NCBI GenBank assembly: GCA_035300505.1
Contig: DATGVJ010000374.1
Span: 1,259-65,258 of the forward strand
Direction: 5' to 3'
Length of the DNA: 64,000 bases
From: Xanthobacteraceae bacterium
GTDB taxonomy: Bacteria > Pseudomonadota > Alphaproteobacteria > Rhizobiales > Xanthobacteraceae
Shown piece by piece: positions 37,590-45,781 of the stretch; positions within the stretch are counted from its first letter, which is position 1, and every line of letters begins with the position of its first letter. Both the position numbers and the translations under genes were made by a program. Below the pieces are notes generated by a model. It searched no databases. It was not told the DNA's origin and saw only the letters and a list, made by a program, of their open reading frames with translations.

Positions 37590-37643
37590 AAATTCTACAG
37601 AGGCCTTGCAGGCGCAAAGGTCGCAGCCTCGATCCTCACATCC

Positions 37644-37676
37644 GCTCTTCCCCTCGGGTTAAACCCAGCGTAATCT
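37644..37676 (+). promoter_or_regulatory. conserved promoter-like box (copy 2 of 4)
   Basis: GCTCTTCCCCTCGGGTTAAACCCAGCGTAATCT, 31 nt upstream of the cytochrome c relic ATG. Confidence 0.35.
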
Positions 37677-37706
37677 GCCCCAAACGAAAAACCGGCAGGT
37701 TTCTCG

Positions 37707-37928
37707 ATGAAGTTCACCACGATCACGCGTTGCGTTTGCGTTCCTGGCCTCGACGCTGTCGGTTGCGGCAGGGCCTGCGTCCGCCCAGCAGTTTACCAAA
37801 CAGCAGACCACAGGCCGGCAGCTTTTCGCCCAGTCCTGCGGAGTCCGATCATCGCTTGCCTGTCGACTGTCACCCCGGCCGCAGCAGCAAATCAACCATG
37901 CTGAGCGGACCATCCAAGGAGAAGCAGA
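37707..37928 (+). pseudogene. cytochrome c relic (frameshifted, haem-binding core deleted)
   Basis: One frame reads ..VAFAFLASTLSVAAGPASAQQFTKQQTTGRQLFAQSCG (compare the intact QQLTEQQTTGRQVFAQSCGVCH). It then jumps to ..IIACLSTVTPAAA in another frame (compare IVAYLSTVTPAGR). Confidence 0.6.
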
Positions 37929-39785
37929 ATGAACATTAGGAAGAAACGTTTCATGTTGGGCGTTGCCGCCATGGTTACGGCGGGCTTGGTCACGACGGTT
38001 GCCTCGCAGGCCGCCGAACAAATTCTCTCCGGGACCATCACCTCGGCCACGGGCGAAAAGCTGGGCGGCGTGACGGTGTCGGCCAAGCGCGACGGCACCA
38101 CGATCACGACCAGCGTCTATACCGACGAACAGGGCAACTATTATTTCCCGCCGATGGAGGCCGGCAAGTACAACGTTTGGGCGCAGGCGCTCGCCTTCGA
38201 GACATCGAAGAGTGCAGTCGACCTGTTGGCTGCCAAGCGCCAGAACCTCGCCCTCAAGGCGATCACCGACAAGGAGCGCGCTTTCCGCCAACTGCCCGGC
38301 GAAATGATGATCGCGGCTCTGCCGGAAGCAACGACCGAAGATGCCAACATGAAGAAAATCTTCATGAACCAGTGCACGGGTTGTCATGCGCCGAACTATC
38401 CGCTGCAATTCCGCTTTGATGAAGCAGGCTGGAGCAAGATCATCGACCTCATGAAGGTCGTGCAGAACACCGGCGCCTATCCGGCAAACCCCAAGGCTAA
38501 CCAGATCATCGATATGAACCAGAAGCAGCTCGCGGCCTATCTGGCCCGTGCGCGTGGTCCTGGCGAAAGTTCCGTGAAGGTGGTGTCACGTCCCCGCCCG
38601 TCCGGCGAAGCCGCTCGTGCGGTTTGGACGCTCTATGATGTCCCGCAGAATGCCGACGCCGGCATTACCCTCGCCCACGGGCCCGGGCCACAGAATGACG
38701 GCACGGACTGGACCCAGGGCACGACTTCCAAGCTCGGCCTGATCACCCATGACGGTGGCATGGACTTCGACGGCAACATCTGGTTCACCTCGAACTCGCC
38801 GAACAAGAGCGTCACAGTCGGCCGCGTCAACGCCAAGACCGGTGAATACAAGGCACTCAAAGTCAACCGCAATGACGGCCGCGCCGCCAACGCTCATGGC
38901 CTGACCCGCGACGCCGAAGGCAATCTCTGGTTCGACGTCGATCCGGGCCGCCGCAGCCTCGACAAGCTCGACCCGAAGACCGAGAAGATCACCGTCTACC
39001 AGACGCCGCAGGGCATGTCGCCACTCGGCGGCGCCGTGACACTCGACGTCGACGGCAAGGGCAAGGTCTGGGCATCCTCTCCGGACGGCGTGCTGCAATT
39101 CGACCCGGTGAGCGAGAAGTTCACCGAGTTCAAGTCCAAGAACCACAAGACCGCACGTGGCCAGGCCAACACCTACGGCGCCGCCGGCGACCGTGACGGC
39201 AATGGCTGGTGGGCGCAGATGGGCTGGGACACAATCGGCAGGGCCAACATCGCGGATGGCTCGACGGTCGAGATCAAGCTGCCGGAAAACAAGGCGGAAA
39301 TGGACCGGCTCACCCCGGCTCAGCTCGCGGCTTACGACAAGGTCGACGACCTTGCCAACGGCAACCCGCTCCCCTGGGGCCAGGGTCCGCGCCGCATGGG
39401 CACGGACAAGAAGGCCGACGTCCTCTGGGTCGGCAACTCCTGGGGCTCGAGCCTGGCCCGCATCGACACCAAGACGAACGCCACGACGATTGTGCCGTTC
39501 CCCGACAAGGCGATGCAGCCCTACCACATCGCAGTCGACGATCAGCACAACGTCTGGGGCAACCTCTGGACCAATGACCAGATCGTCAAATATGACCCCG
39601 CAACGCAGAAGTGGACGACCTTCGAACTGCCGGTCCGCGGCACGGAGATTCGCCACATCGCGGTTGACGAGCGTCAAGGCACGCTCAAGGTCGTCGTTCC
39701 GGTCTACCGCACCAACCAGATGGGCGTGATGTCGGTGCGCAGCGAGGCCGATCTCGCGGCCCTCAAGGCGAAGGCGGTGAACTAG
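37929..39785 (+). CDS. secreted CarboxypepD_reg-like / mono-haem cytochrome c / beta-propeller protein, paralogue 1
   Basis: TCCAAGGAGAA Shine-Dalgarno. Signal peptide ..VTTVASQA/AEQ. LSGTITSATGEKLGGVTVSAKRDG..YTDEQGNYYFPPMEAGKYNVWAQA. CxxCH in NQCTGCHAPNYP. Blade-like repeats (GNIWFTSN.., GNLWFDVDPG.., GKVWASSPDG.., NVWGNLWTNDQIVKYDP). Confidence 0.85.
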   Translation: MNIRKKRFMLGVAAMVTAGLVTTVASQAAEQILSGTITSATGEKLGGVTVSAKRDGTTITTSVYTDEQGNYYFPPMEAGKYNVWAQALAFETSKSAVDLLAAKRQNLALKAITDKERAFRQLPGEMMIAALPEATTEDANMKKIFMNQCTGCHAPNYPLQFRFDEAGWSKIIDLMKVVQNTGAYPANPKANQIIDMNQKQLAAYLARARGPGESSVKVVSRPRPSGEAARAVWTLYDVPQNADAGITLAHGPGPQNDGTDWTQGTTSKLGLITHDGGMDFDGNIWFTSNSPNKSVTVGRVNAKTGEYKALKVNRNDGRAANAHGLTRDAEGNLWFDVDPGRRSLDKLDPKTEKITVYQTPQGMSPLGGAVTLDVDGKGKVWASSPDGVLQFDPVSEKFTEFKSKNHKTARGQANTYGAAGDRDGNGWWAQMGWDTIGRANIADGSTVEIKLPENKAEMDRLTPAQLAAYDKVDDLANGNPLPWGQGPRRMGTDKKADVLWVGNSWGSSLARIDTKTNATTIVPFPDKAMQPYHIAVDDQHNVWGNLWTNDQIVKYDPATQKWTTFELPVRGTEIRHIAVDERQGTLKVVVPVYRTNQMGVMSVRSEADLAALKAKAVN

Positions 39786-39831
39786 AAAACACAAGCACGC
39801 GAAAACGCGTACTTGTGTTTGTGAAGATTAG

Positions 39832-39861
39832 GAGGCGCGGACCAATCCGCGCCTCTTTTTA
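39832..39861 (+). terminator. rho-independent terminator of paralogue 1
   Basis: GAGGCGCGG-ACCAAT-CCGCGCCTC followed by TTTTTA. It is preceded by a second imperfect hairpin, ACACAAGCACGCG..CGCGTACTTGTGT. Confidence 0.8.
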
Positions 39862-39877
39862 TGGGTCAAGGGCACGG

Positions 39878-40043
39878 ATCGTCGGATGGGTAGAGGTAAA
39901 GCGCGTTCTTCACGCGATTTACCGAAACCCATCGACCCCACGGGCCGCAAAAATGATAGGCTTCGGCATGTGGTTGATGGGTTTCGCCATAGCGCGTCGC
40001 GAGACGCGCGTAAACGCGCTTATGGGCCTCAACCCATCCTACG
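39878..40043. repeat. MITE/REP-like element, family A (copy 2)
   Basis: ATCGTCGGATGGGTAGAGG ... GAAACCCATCG ... TGATGGGTTTCGCC ... CCTCAACCCATCCTACG. Same organisation as 1012-1286. Confidence 0.7.
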
Positions 40044-40090
40044 ATGACCCGCCCCTACGAAGAAAGCCTTCCCTTCAGTTTAGTTGTAGG

Positions 40091-40345
40091 CCCCCTTCCC
40101 CTCAGCACCACTCAGGCGTAATCTTCGGCCGAACTTGTGGTCGGGAAGGCATTTTCTGATTCCACGCATTGGCATGGCCGGTGGGAGGCATCGGCGGCGG
40201 GAACCCTGCCATCAAGGCCTCGGACCGCAATGCCAATGTTAAAGCTCCATTGCGAAAACTTCTGTGTTACAATTCTGTGTCAGGTTTCTATCGTCACCGG
40301 CCGTACCAGCGTACATGTTCTGGACCGGCCTATCCAAGGAGAACC
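40091..40345 (+). promoter_or_regulatory. conserved box (copy 3 of 4) plus about 220-nt conserved leader / eroded cytochrome c gene
   Basis: CCCCCTTCCCCTCAGCACCACTCAGGCGTAATCTT, followed by a leader that aligns along its whole length with 42307-42540. No credible ORF; the track's 40169 start is an extension of paralogue 2. Confidence 0.45.
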
Positions 40346-42205
40346 ATGATGAATGTTAAGAAGCATCGTTTCATGTTGAGTGCTGCCGCCATCGTCACGG
40401 CCGGTTTCGTCACGACGGTTGCCGGACAGGCCGCCGAACAAATTCTCTCCGGCACCATCATCTCCGCATCGGGCGATAAGCTGGGCGGCGTGACGGTATC
40501 GGCCAAGCGCGACGGCACCACGATCACGACGAGTGTCTATACCGACGAACAAGGCAACTATTATTTCCCGCCGATGGAAGCCGGCAAGTATAACGTCTGG
40601 GCGCAGGCGCTTTCCTTCGAGACATCCAAGAATGCGGTTGATCTCTCCGCTGCCAAGCGCCAGGATCTCGCCCTCAAGCCGATCACCGACAAGGAGCGCG
40701 CTTTCCGCCAACTGCCCGGCGAAATGATGATCGCAGCGCTGCCCGAAGCAACGACCGAAGATGCCAACATGAAGCGAACCTTCATGAACCAGTGCACCGG
40801 TTGTCATTCGCCGAACTATCCGCTGCAGTTCCGCTTCGACGAAGAAGGCTGGAACAAGATCATCAACCTGATGAAGGTCGTGCAGGGCACCGGCGCCGTC
40901 CCGCCGAACCCGAAGGCCAACCAGATCATCGAGATGAACCAGAAGCAGCTCGCGGCCTATCTCGCTCGCGCGCGTGGCCCTGGTGAAAGCTCGCTCAAAG
41001 CCGTGTCGCGTCCGCGTCCGTCCGGCGAAGCCGCACGCGCGGTATGGACCCTCTATGACGTGCCGCAGAATGCCGAAGCCGGCATTACTGCTGCCCATGG
41101 GGTGGGCCCGCAGAATGACGGCACCGATTGGACCCAAGGCACCACGTCCAAACTCGGCCTGATCACCCACGACGGCGGCATGGATTTTGACGGCAATATC
41201 TGGTTCACATCGAATACGCCGAACAAGACCGTCACCATCGGCCGGGTCAACGCCAAGACCGGTGAATACAAGCCGCTCAAGGTCAACCGCAATGACGGCC
41301 GCGCCGCGAATGCTCACGGCCTGACACGCGACGCCGAAGGCAATCTGTGGTTCGACATCGATCCGGGCCGACGCAGCCTCGGCAAGCTCGATCCGAAGAC
41401 CGAGAAGATCACCGTCTACCAGACGCCACAAAACATGTCGCCGTTGGGCGGCGCCGTGACGCTCGACGTCGACGGCAAGGGCAAGATCTGGGCCTCGGCT
41501 CCGGACGGCGTGCTGCAGTTCGACCCCGCGACCGAGAAGTTCACCGAGTTCAAGACCAAGAACTTCAAGACGGCTCGGGGCCAGGGCACCACCTACGGCG
41601 CCGCCGGCGACCGCGACGGCAACGGCTGGTGGGCGCAGATGGCTTGGGACACGATCGGCAGGGCCAACATCGCGGATGGCTCGACGGTCGAAATCAAGCT
41701 GCCGGAGAACAAGTCCGAGATGGACCGCCTGACGCCGGCTCAGCTCGCGGCCTATGACAAGGTCGACGATCTCGCTATTGGCAACCCGCTCCCCTGGGGC
41801 CAGGGTCCGCGCCGCATGGGCACTGACAAGAATGCCGACGTGCTTTGGGTCGGCAACTCCTGGGGCTCGAGCCTCGCCCGCATCGACACCAAGACGAACG
41901 CCACGACGATCGTGCCGTTCCCCGACAAGGCGATGCAGGCCTACCACATCGCGGTCGACAACAACCACAACGTCTGGGGCAACCTCTGGACCAATGACCA
42001 GATCGTCAAATATGACCCCGCGACGCAGAAGTGGACGACCTTCGAACTGCCGGTCCGCGGCACTGAGATTCGCCACATCTCGGTTGACGAGCGTCAAGGC
42101 ACGCTCAAGGTCGTCGTTCCGGTCTACCGCACCAACCAGATGGGCGTGATGTCGGTGCGCAGCGAGGCCGATCTCGCGGCCCTCAAGGCGAAGGCGGTGA
42201 ACTAA
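40346..42205 (+). CDS. secreted CarboxypepD_reg-like / mono-haem cytochrome c / beta-propeller protein, paralogue 2
   Basis: Start is MMNVKKHRFML at ATG 40346, after TCCAAGGAGAACC. Nearly identical to paralogue 1. CxxCH in NQCTGCHSPNYP. Confidence 0.85.
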   Translation: MMNVKKHRFMLSAAAIVTAGFVTTVAGQAAEQILSGTIISASGDKLGGVTVSAKRDGTTITTSVYTDEQGNYYFPPMEAGKYNVWAQALSFETSKNAVDLSAAKRQDLALKPITDKERAFRQLPGEMMIAALPEATTEDANMKRTFMNQCTGCHSPNYPLQFRFDEEGWNKIINLMKVVQGTGAVPPNPKANQIIEMNQKQLAAYLARARGPGESSLKAVSRPRPSGEAARAVWTLYDVPQNAEAGITAAHGVGPQNDGTDWTQGTTSKLGLITHDGGMDFDGNIWFTSNTPNKTVTIGRVNAKTGEYKPLKVNRNDGRAANAHGLTRDAEGNLWFDIDPGRRSLGKLDPKTEKITVYQTPQNMSPLGGAVTLDVDGKGKIWASAPDGVLQFDPATEKFTEFKTKNFKTARGQGTTYGAAGDRDGNGWWAQMAWDTIGRANIADGSTVEIKLPENKSEMDRLTPAQLAAYDKVDDLAIGNPLPWGQGPRRMGTDKNADVLWVGNSWGSSLARIDTKTNATTIVPFPDKAMQAYHIAVDNNHNVWGNLWTNDQIVKYDPATQKWTTFELPVRGTEIRHISVDERQGTLKVVVPVYRTNQMGVMSVRSEADLAALKAKAVN

Positions 42206-42247
42206 CTCTACAAGAGGCGCTGCCCCATAGGCAGCCCGAAACAACGA

Positions 42248-42285
42248 GGGCGGCTCATTCCGAAGGGATGAGCTGCCCTTTTTTA
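42248..42285 (+). terminator. rho-independent terminator of paralogue 2
   Basis: GGGCGGCTCAT-TCCGAAGGG-ATGAGCTGCCC followed by TTTTTT. Confidence 0.8.
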
Positions 42286-42306
42286 TTGTTAAATTGCCGC
42301 ATTCCC

Positions 42307-42540
42307 TGCCCTTCCCCTCGGGGCCGCCCGGGCGTAATCTCGCACATAGCACGTGGTCGGGAGGGCAATTTCTGATTCCACGCATTGGCATTGGCGGCGG
42401 GCATACCCGCCATCAAGACCTCGCCAGTGTTAAAGCGCCATTGTCACGACTTCTGCGTTACGATTTTGTGTTAGCTTTCTGTCGTCACCGGCCGCACCAG
42501 CATACTTCGAGGTACTGAACCGGCCTATCCAAGGAGAACC
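42307..42540 (+). promoter_or_regulatory. conserved box (copy 4 of 4) plus about 200-nt conserved leader / eroded cytochrome c gene
   Basis: TGCCCTTCCCCTCGGGGCCGCCCGGGCGTAATCT, followed by a leader homologous to 40126-40345. Its 3' part, GCTTTCTGTCGTCACCGGCCGCACCAGCA, resembles the end of the cytochrome c relic at 37860-37900. Confidence 0.45.
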
Positions 42541-44394
42541 ATGATGAACGTTACGAAGAAGCATCGTTTCATGTTGGGTGCGGCCGCCATCGTCACGGCC
42601 GGTTTCGTCACGACAGTTGCCGCGCAGGCAGCCGAGCAATTGCTCTCGGGCACCATCACCTCGGCGTCAGGCGAGAAGATGGGTGGCGTCACGGTGTCAG
42701 CCAAGCGCGAAGGATCGACTATCGCGACCCATGTCTACACCGATGAACAGGGCAATTATTATTTCCCGGCCATGGAAGCCGGCAAGTATCGCGTTTGGGC
42801 ACAGGCTTTGAGCTACGAGGCCGCCAAGAGCGAGGTCGATCTCGCTGCAGCCAAGAAGCAAGATCTCGTGCTGCAACCAATGACCGATCAAGAGCGCCGC
42901 TGGCGGCAGCTTCCGGCCGAACTGATGATTGCGTCGTTGCCGGAAGAAACCACGCAAGACGCGCAGATGAAGAAGATTTTCAGCAACCAATGCCTTGGCT
43001 GCCACATGTCGAGCTACCCGTTGCAGTTCAAGTTCGACGAGGCAGGCTGGAGCAAGGTCATCGACCTCATGAAGCTGGTGCAGAACACCGGCAACCTGGT
43101 CGCCAGCGCCAAGCCCAACCAGATCATCGAACTCAACCAGAAGGGACTTTCGGCCTATCTTGCCAAGGTGCGCGGACCCAATTCAGCCGCGCTCAAGATC
43201 AAAGAACGCCCGCGTCCGAGCGGCGAAGCAGCCCAGGTCGTGTGGAATACCTATGACGTTCCGCAAAACCCGGATGCGGGCGTTGGAATCACCGCCCATA
43301 CCAATGACGGCACGGATTGGTCGCTGGGGACCACCACCCGCATGACGCTGCTCCAGCATGATGGCGCCATGGATTTCGACGGCAATCTCTGGTTCACGTC
43401 CAACGCGCCGAACAAGGTGGTCACCATCGGCCGCGTCGATACCAAGACCGGCGAAGTGAAATTCCTCAAGGTCAACCGCAACGACGGCCGCGCCGCCAAT
43501 GCGCACGGGCTCACCCGCGACGCCGAAGGCAATCTCTGGTTCGACATCGATCCGGGCCGCCGCAGCCTCGGCAAACTCGACCCGAAGACAGAGAAGATAA
43601 CGGTCTACCAGCCGCCGCTAAACATGTCGCCGCTCGGCGGCGCCGTGACGCTCGATGTCGACGGCAAAGGCAAGGTATGGGCCTCTTCGCCAGACGGCGT
43701 GTTGACCTTCGACCCGGCCACCGAGAAGTTCACGGAGTTCAAATCCAAGAACTCCAAACGGGCGAACGGAACAGCCGGCACCTATGGGGCCGCGGGCGAT
43801 CGCAGTGGCAATGGCTGGTGGGCGCAGATGGGTTGGGACACGATCGGCAAGGCCGATATGTCGAGCGGCTCCACAGTCGAGATCAAGTTGCCGGAATACA
43901 AGCCCGGCATGGACTTGTTCACCCCGGAACAGATCGCGGCCTATGACAAGGTCACGGATCTCTCCAACGGCAGTCCGCTGCCCTGGGGCCAGGGACCGCG
44001 CCGCATGGGCACCGACAAGAATGCCGACATCCTCTGGGTCGGCAATTCGTGGGGTGCGAGCTTTGCCCGCATCGACACCAAGACGAATGAAACTACGATC
44101 ATTCCGTTCCCCGACAAGGCCATGCAGGCCTATCACATCCATGTCGACAGCAAGCACAATGTGTGGGGCAACCTGTGGACCAACGACCAGATCGTGAAAT
44201 ACGACCCGGCCGCCGGCAAGTGGACGACTTACGAAATGCCGGTGCGCGGCACTGAAAGCCGGCACGTCTCGGTCGACGAGCGCAGCGGGCGGACCAAGGT
44301 CATCCTGCCGACCTACCGGTCGCACCAGATGTTCGTCATGACCATCCGCACCGCGGAAGACATCGCGGCGCTGAAGGCGCAGACGGCGAAGTAA
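42541..44394 (+). CDS. secreted CarboxypepD_reg-like / mono-haem cytochrome c / beta-propeller protein, paralogue 3 (diverged)
   Basis: Same architecture as paralogues 1 and 2. CxxCH in NQCLGCHMSSYP. Many substitutions throughout, but all blade motifs are retained. Confidence 0.85.
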   Translation: MMNVTKKHRFMLGAAAIVTAGFVTTVAAQAAEQLLSGTITSASGEKMGGVTVSAKREGSTIATHVYTDEQGNYYFPAMEAGKYRVWAQALSYEAAKSEVDLAAAKKQDLVLQPMTDQERRWRQLPAELMIASLPEETTQDAQMKKIFSNQCLGCHMSSYPLQFKFDEAGWSKVIDLMKLVQNTGNLVASAKPNQIIELNQKGLSAYLAKVRGPNSAALKIKERPRPSGEAAQVVWNTYDVPQNPDAGVGITAHTNDGTDWSLGTTTRMTLLQHDGAMDFDGNLWFTSNAPNKVVTIGRVDTKTGEVKFLKVNRNDGRAANAHGLTRDAEGNLWFDIDPGRRSLGKLDPKTEKITVYQPPLNMSPLGGAVTLDVDGKGKVWASSPDGVLTFDPATEKFTEFKSKNSKRANGTAGTYGAAGDRSGNGWWAQMGWDTIGKADMSSGSTVEIKLPEYKPGMDLFTPEQIAAYDKVTDLSNGSPLPWGQGPRRMGTDKNADILWVGNSWGASFARIDTKTNETTIIPFPDKAMQAYHIHVDSKHNVWGNLWTNDQIVKYDPAAGKWTTYEMPVRGTESRHVSVDERSGRTKVILPTYRSHQMFVMTIRTAEDIAALKAQTAK

Positions 44395-44427
44395 AGAGAT
44401 CACAAGCACGCGCAGACGCGTGCTTGT

Positions 44428-44511
44428 GATTGGAAATGAGAGAGGCGCGGATCAGTCCGCGCCTTTTTTGATTGGAAATGAGAGAGGCGCGGATCAGTCC
44501 GCGCCTTTTTT
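44428..44511 (+). terminator. tandemly duplicated rho-independent terminator (2 x 42 nt)
   Basis: GATTGGAAATGAGAGAGGCGCGGATCAGTCCGCGCCTTTTTT occurs twice head-to-tail. It is preceded by the perfect hairpin 44399-44430, ATCACAAGCACGCG-CAGA-CGCGTGCTTGTGAT. Confidence 0.8.
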
Positions 44512-44541
44512 TAATTTGGTGCGTGCGATCGATTCACGTCC

Positions 44542-44704
44542 CGTAGGGTGGGCAGAGGCGCCGGGCACAATCGTGGGGCATGAAACGTGCCTCAATGGCG
44601 CCGTGCCCACGCGGCAACTTACACGCGGGGGAACGCGTGGGCACGGCGCCGCGCAGTTTTGTGTTTGTTTTGAGGTCGGTGCCCGGCGCCTTTGCCCACC
44701 CTAC
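44542..44704. repeat. MITE/REP-like element, family A variant (GTAGGGTGGGCAGAGGCGCCGGGCAC ... GTGCCCGGCGCCTTTGCCCACCCTAC)
   Basis: Long terminal inverted repeats were seen directly. It abuts the stop codon of the amidohydrolase gene. Confidence 0.7.
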
Positions 44705-44709
44705 AAACC

Positions 44710-45735
44710 CTACGCGATCCCCAACCTCGTCGCGATCGCGCGGCCCATGATCCAGTCCTTGTCTTCTTCCGACAAGAAGCTGAGTTCCTGCGTGAAATGC
44801 TCGATGCGCTGGCGATAGATCGCCTTGGCAAACGAATTGGTCATGTCGGTGCCCCAGAAACAGCGGCGCGGACCAAACGCATCGAACAGGCGTTTGATGC
44901 TCTCCGTCATGTCGCGATAGGGATAAGGATCGAACGAGTAGGTCGGTGCCGACGACAGCTTGACCGAAACATTCGGATATCGCGCCAGCGCAACGGAATC
45001 GCTGATCGCCGCCGGAATCCTTCGCTCCTTTGCGATTTCCAGCGTCAGCCCCATGTGATCGATAATGAGTTGCAGACCGGGATGACGCTCGGCGATGCGG
45101 GCGAACTGTGGTGTCTGACCATTGGTCAGGAACATCACCGGAATGCCGGCTTTCTCGGCCGCCGGCCAGAACCAATCCGCGGTTCCATTGGTCAACCAGA
45201 CTGCCTGCGTACCATTGAAGGACACGCGAATGCCCTTCATTCCAGGCTGCTCTTTCCACTTCGGCAACAGGCCGGCGGAGTCGGGCTTCTCGATCGCGAT
45301 GCGGCCCATGATCGCAAACCGATCCGGATGGCGTGCAACGGCCTCAAGCGCATAGTCGTTGCGATCGCCTTCCCAGGAAGGCGGCACGATGACGACACGA
45401 TCGACACCGGCTTCGTTCATTATCGGCAGCAATTTTTCGACCGTGAATGGCTCAGGCAGTTGCGGCGTAGCGCCCGGCCGCCAAGGCCGGTCTGCTGTTG
45501 CTGGCTTCCAGAGGTGAACCTGCGCGTCGACGATCATGCGTTTGCGAGAACCAGTTTGTGGAGCAGGAGCCTGCTGCGAAGCAGCCGGCTGTGCAACAGC
45601 CGGCAAGCCGAAAGCCGTGAGCAGCACGCCGACGCCCGTTGCGGAACTGAGAAAAAGCCGGCGTGAAAATTGGAGTGATGTATCATCTGATTCATCACGC
45701 GCTGACATTGTCCGCTCCTGTGTTGAAACCGGCAT
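44710..45735 (-). CDS. Tat-exported amidohydrolase-2-family metal hydrolase
   Basis: Tat-like SRRLFLSSATGVGVL. Motifs IVDAQVHLW, LIIDHMG and FWGTDMT are typical of the PF04909-type TIM-barrel hydrolases. Confidence 0.7.
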   Translation of the reverse strand: MPVSTQERTMSARDESDDTSLQFSRRLFLSSATGVGVLLTAFGLPAVAQPAASQQAPAPQTGSRKRMIVDAQVHLWKPATADRPWRPGATPQLPEPFTVEKLLPIMNEAGVDRVVIVPPSWEGDRNDYALEAVARHPDRFAIMGRIAIEKPDSAGLLPKWKEQPGMKGIRVSFNGTQAVWLTNGTADWFWPAAEKAGIPVMFLTNGQTPQFARIAERHPGLQLIIDHMGLTLEIAKERRIPAAISDSVALARYPNVSVKLSSAPTYSFDPYPYRDMTESIKRLFDAFGPRRCFWGTDMTNSFAKAIYRQRIEHFTQELSFLSEEDKDWIMGRAIATRLGIA

Positions 45736-45781
45736 TCTCTCCGAAGCAACTCATCACTCCATCAGCGCGATGAACCTTCCG

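Noticed and set aside
40126-40345. Cobalamin-type or other known riboswitch in the conserved leaders of paralogues 2 and 3 (GGTCGGGAAGGCA...CTGATTCCACGC superficially resembles the GGGAA/GGTG..TCC core).
   Set aside because: I could find no B12-box-like GCCACTG/AGTCAGG element and no convincing multi-stem junction. Segments of the leader align better with the 3' half of the cytochrome c gene and its relic. It is kept only as an unclassified conserved leader.
38586-42391. Very long minus-strand ORFs 38586..39794 (402 aa) and 40280..42391 (703 aa).
   Set aside because: They are antisense to the propeller paralogues and their translations are Arg/Gly/Ala/Val-rich low-information strings. The plus-strand products have signal peptides, CxxCH and repeated blade motifs. 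These are typical high-GC shadow ORFs.
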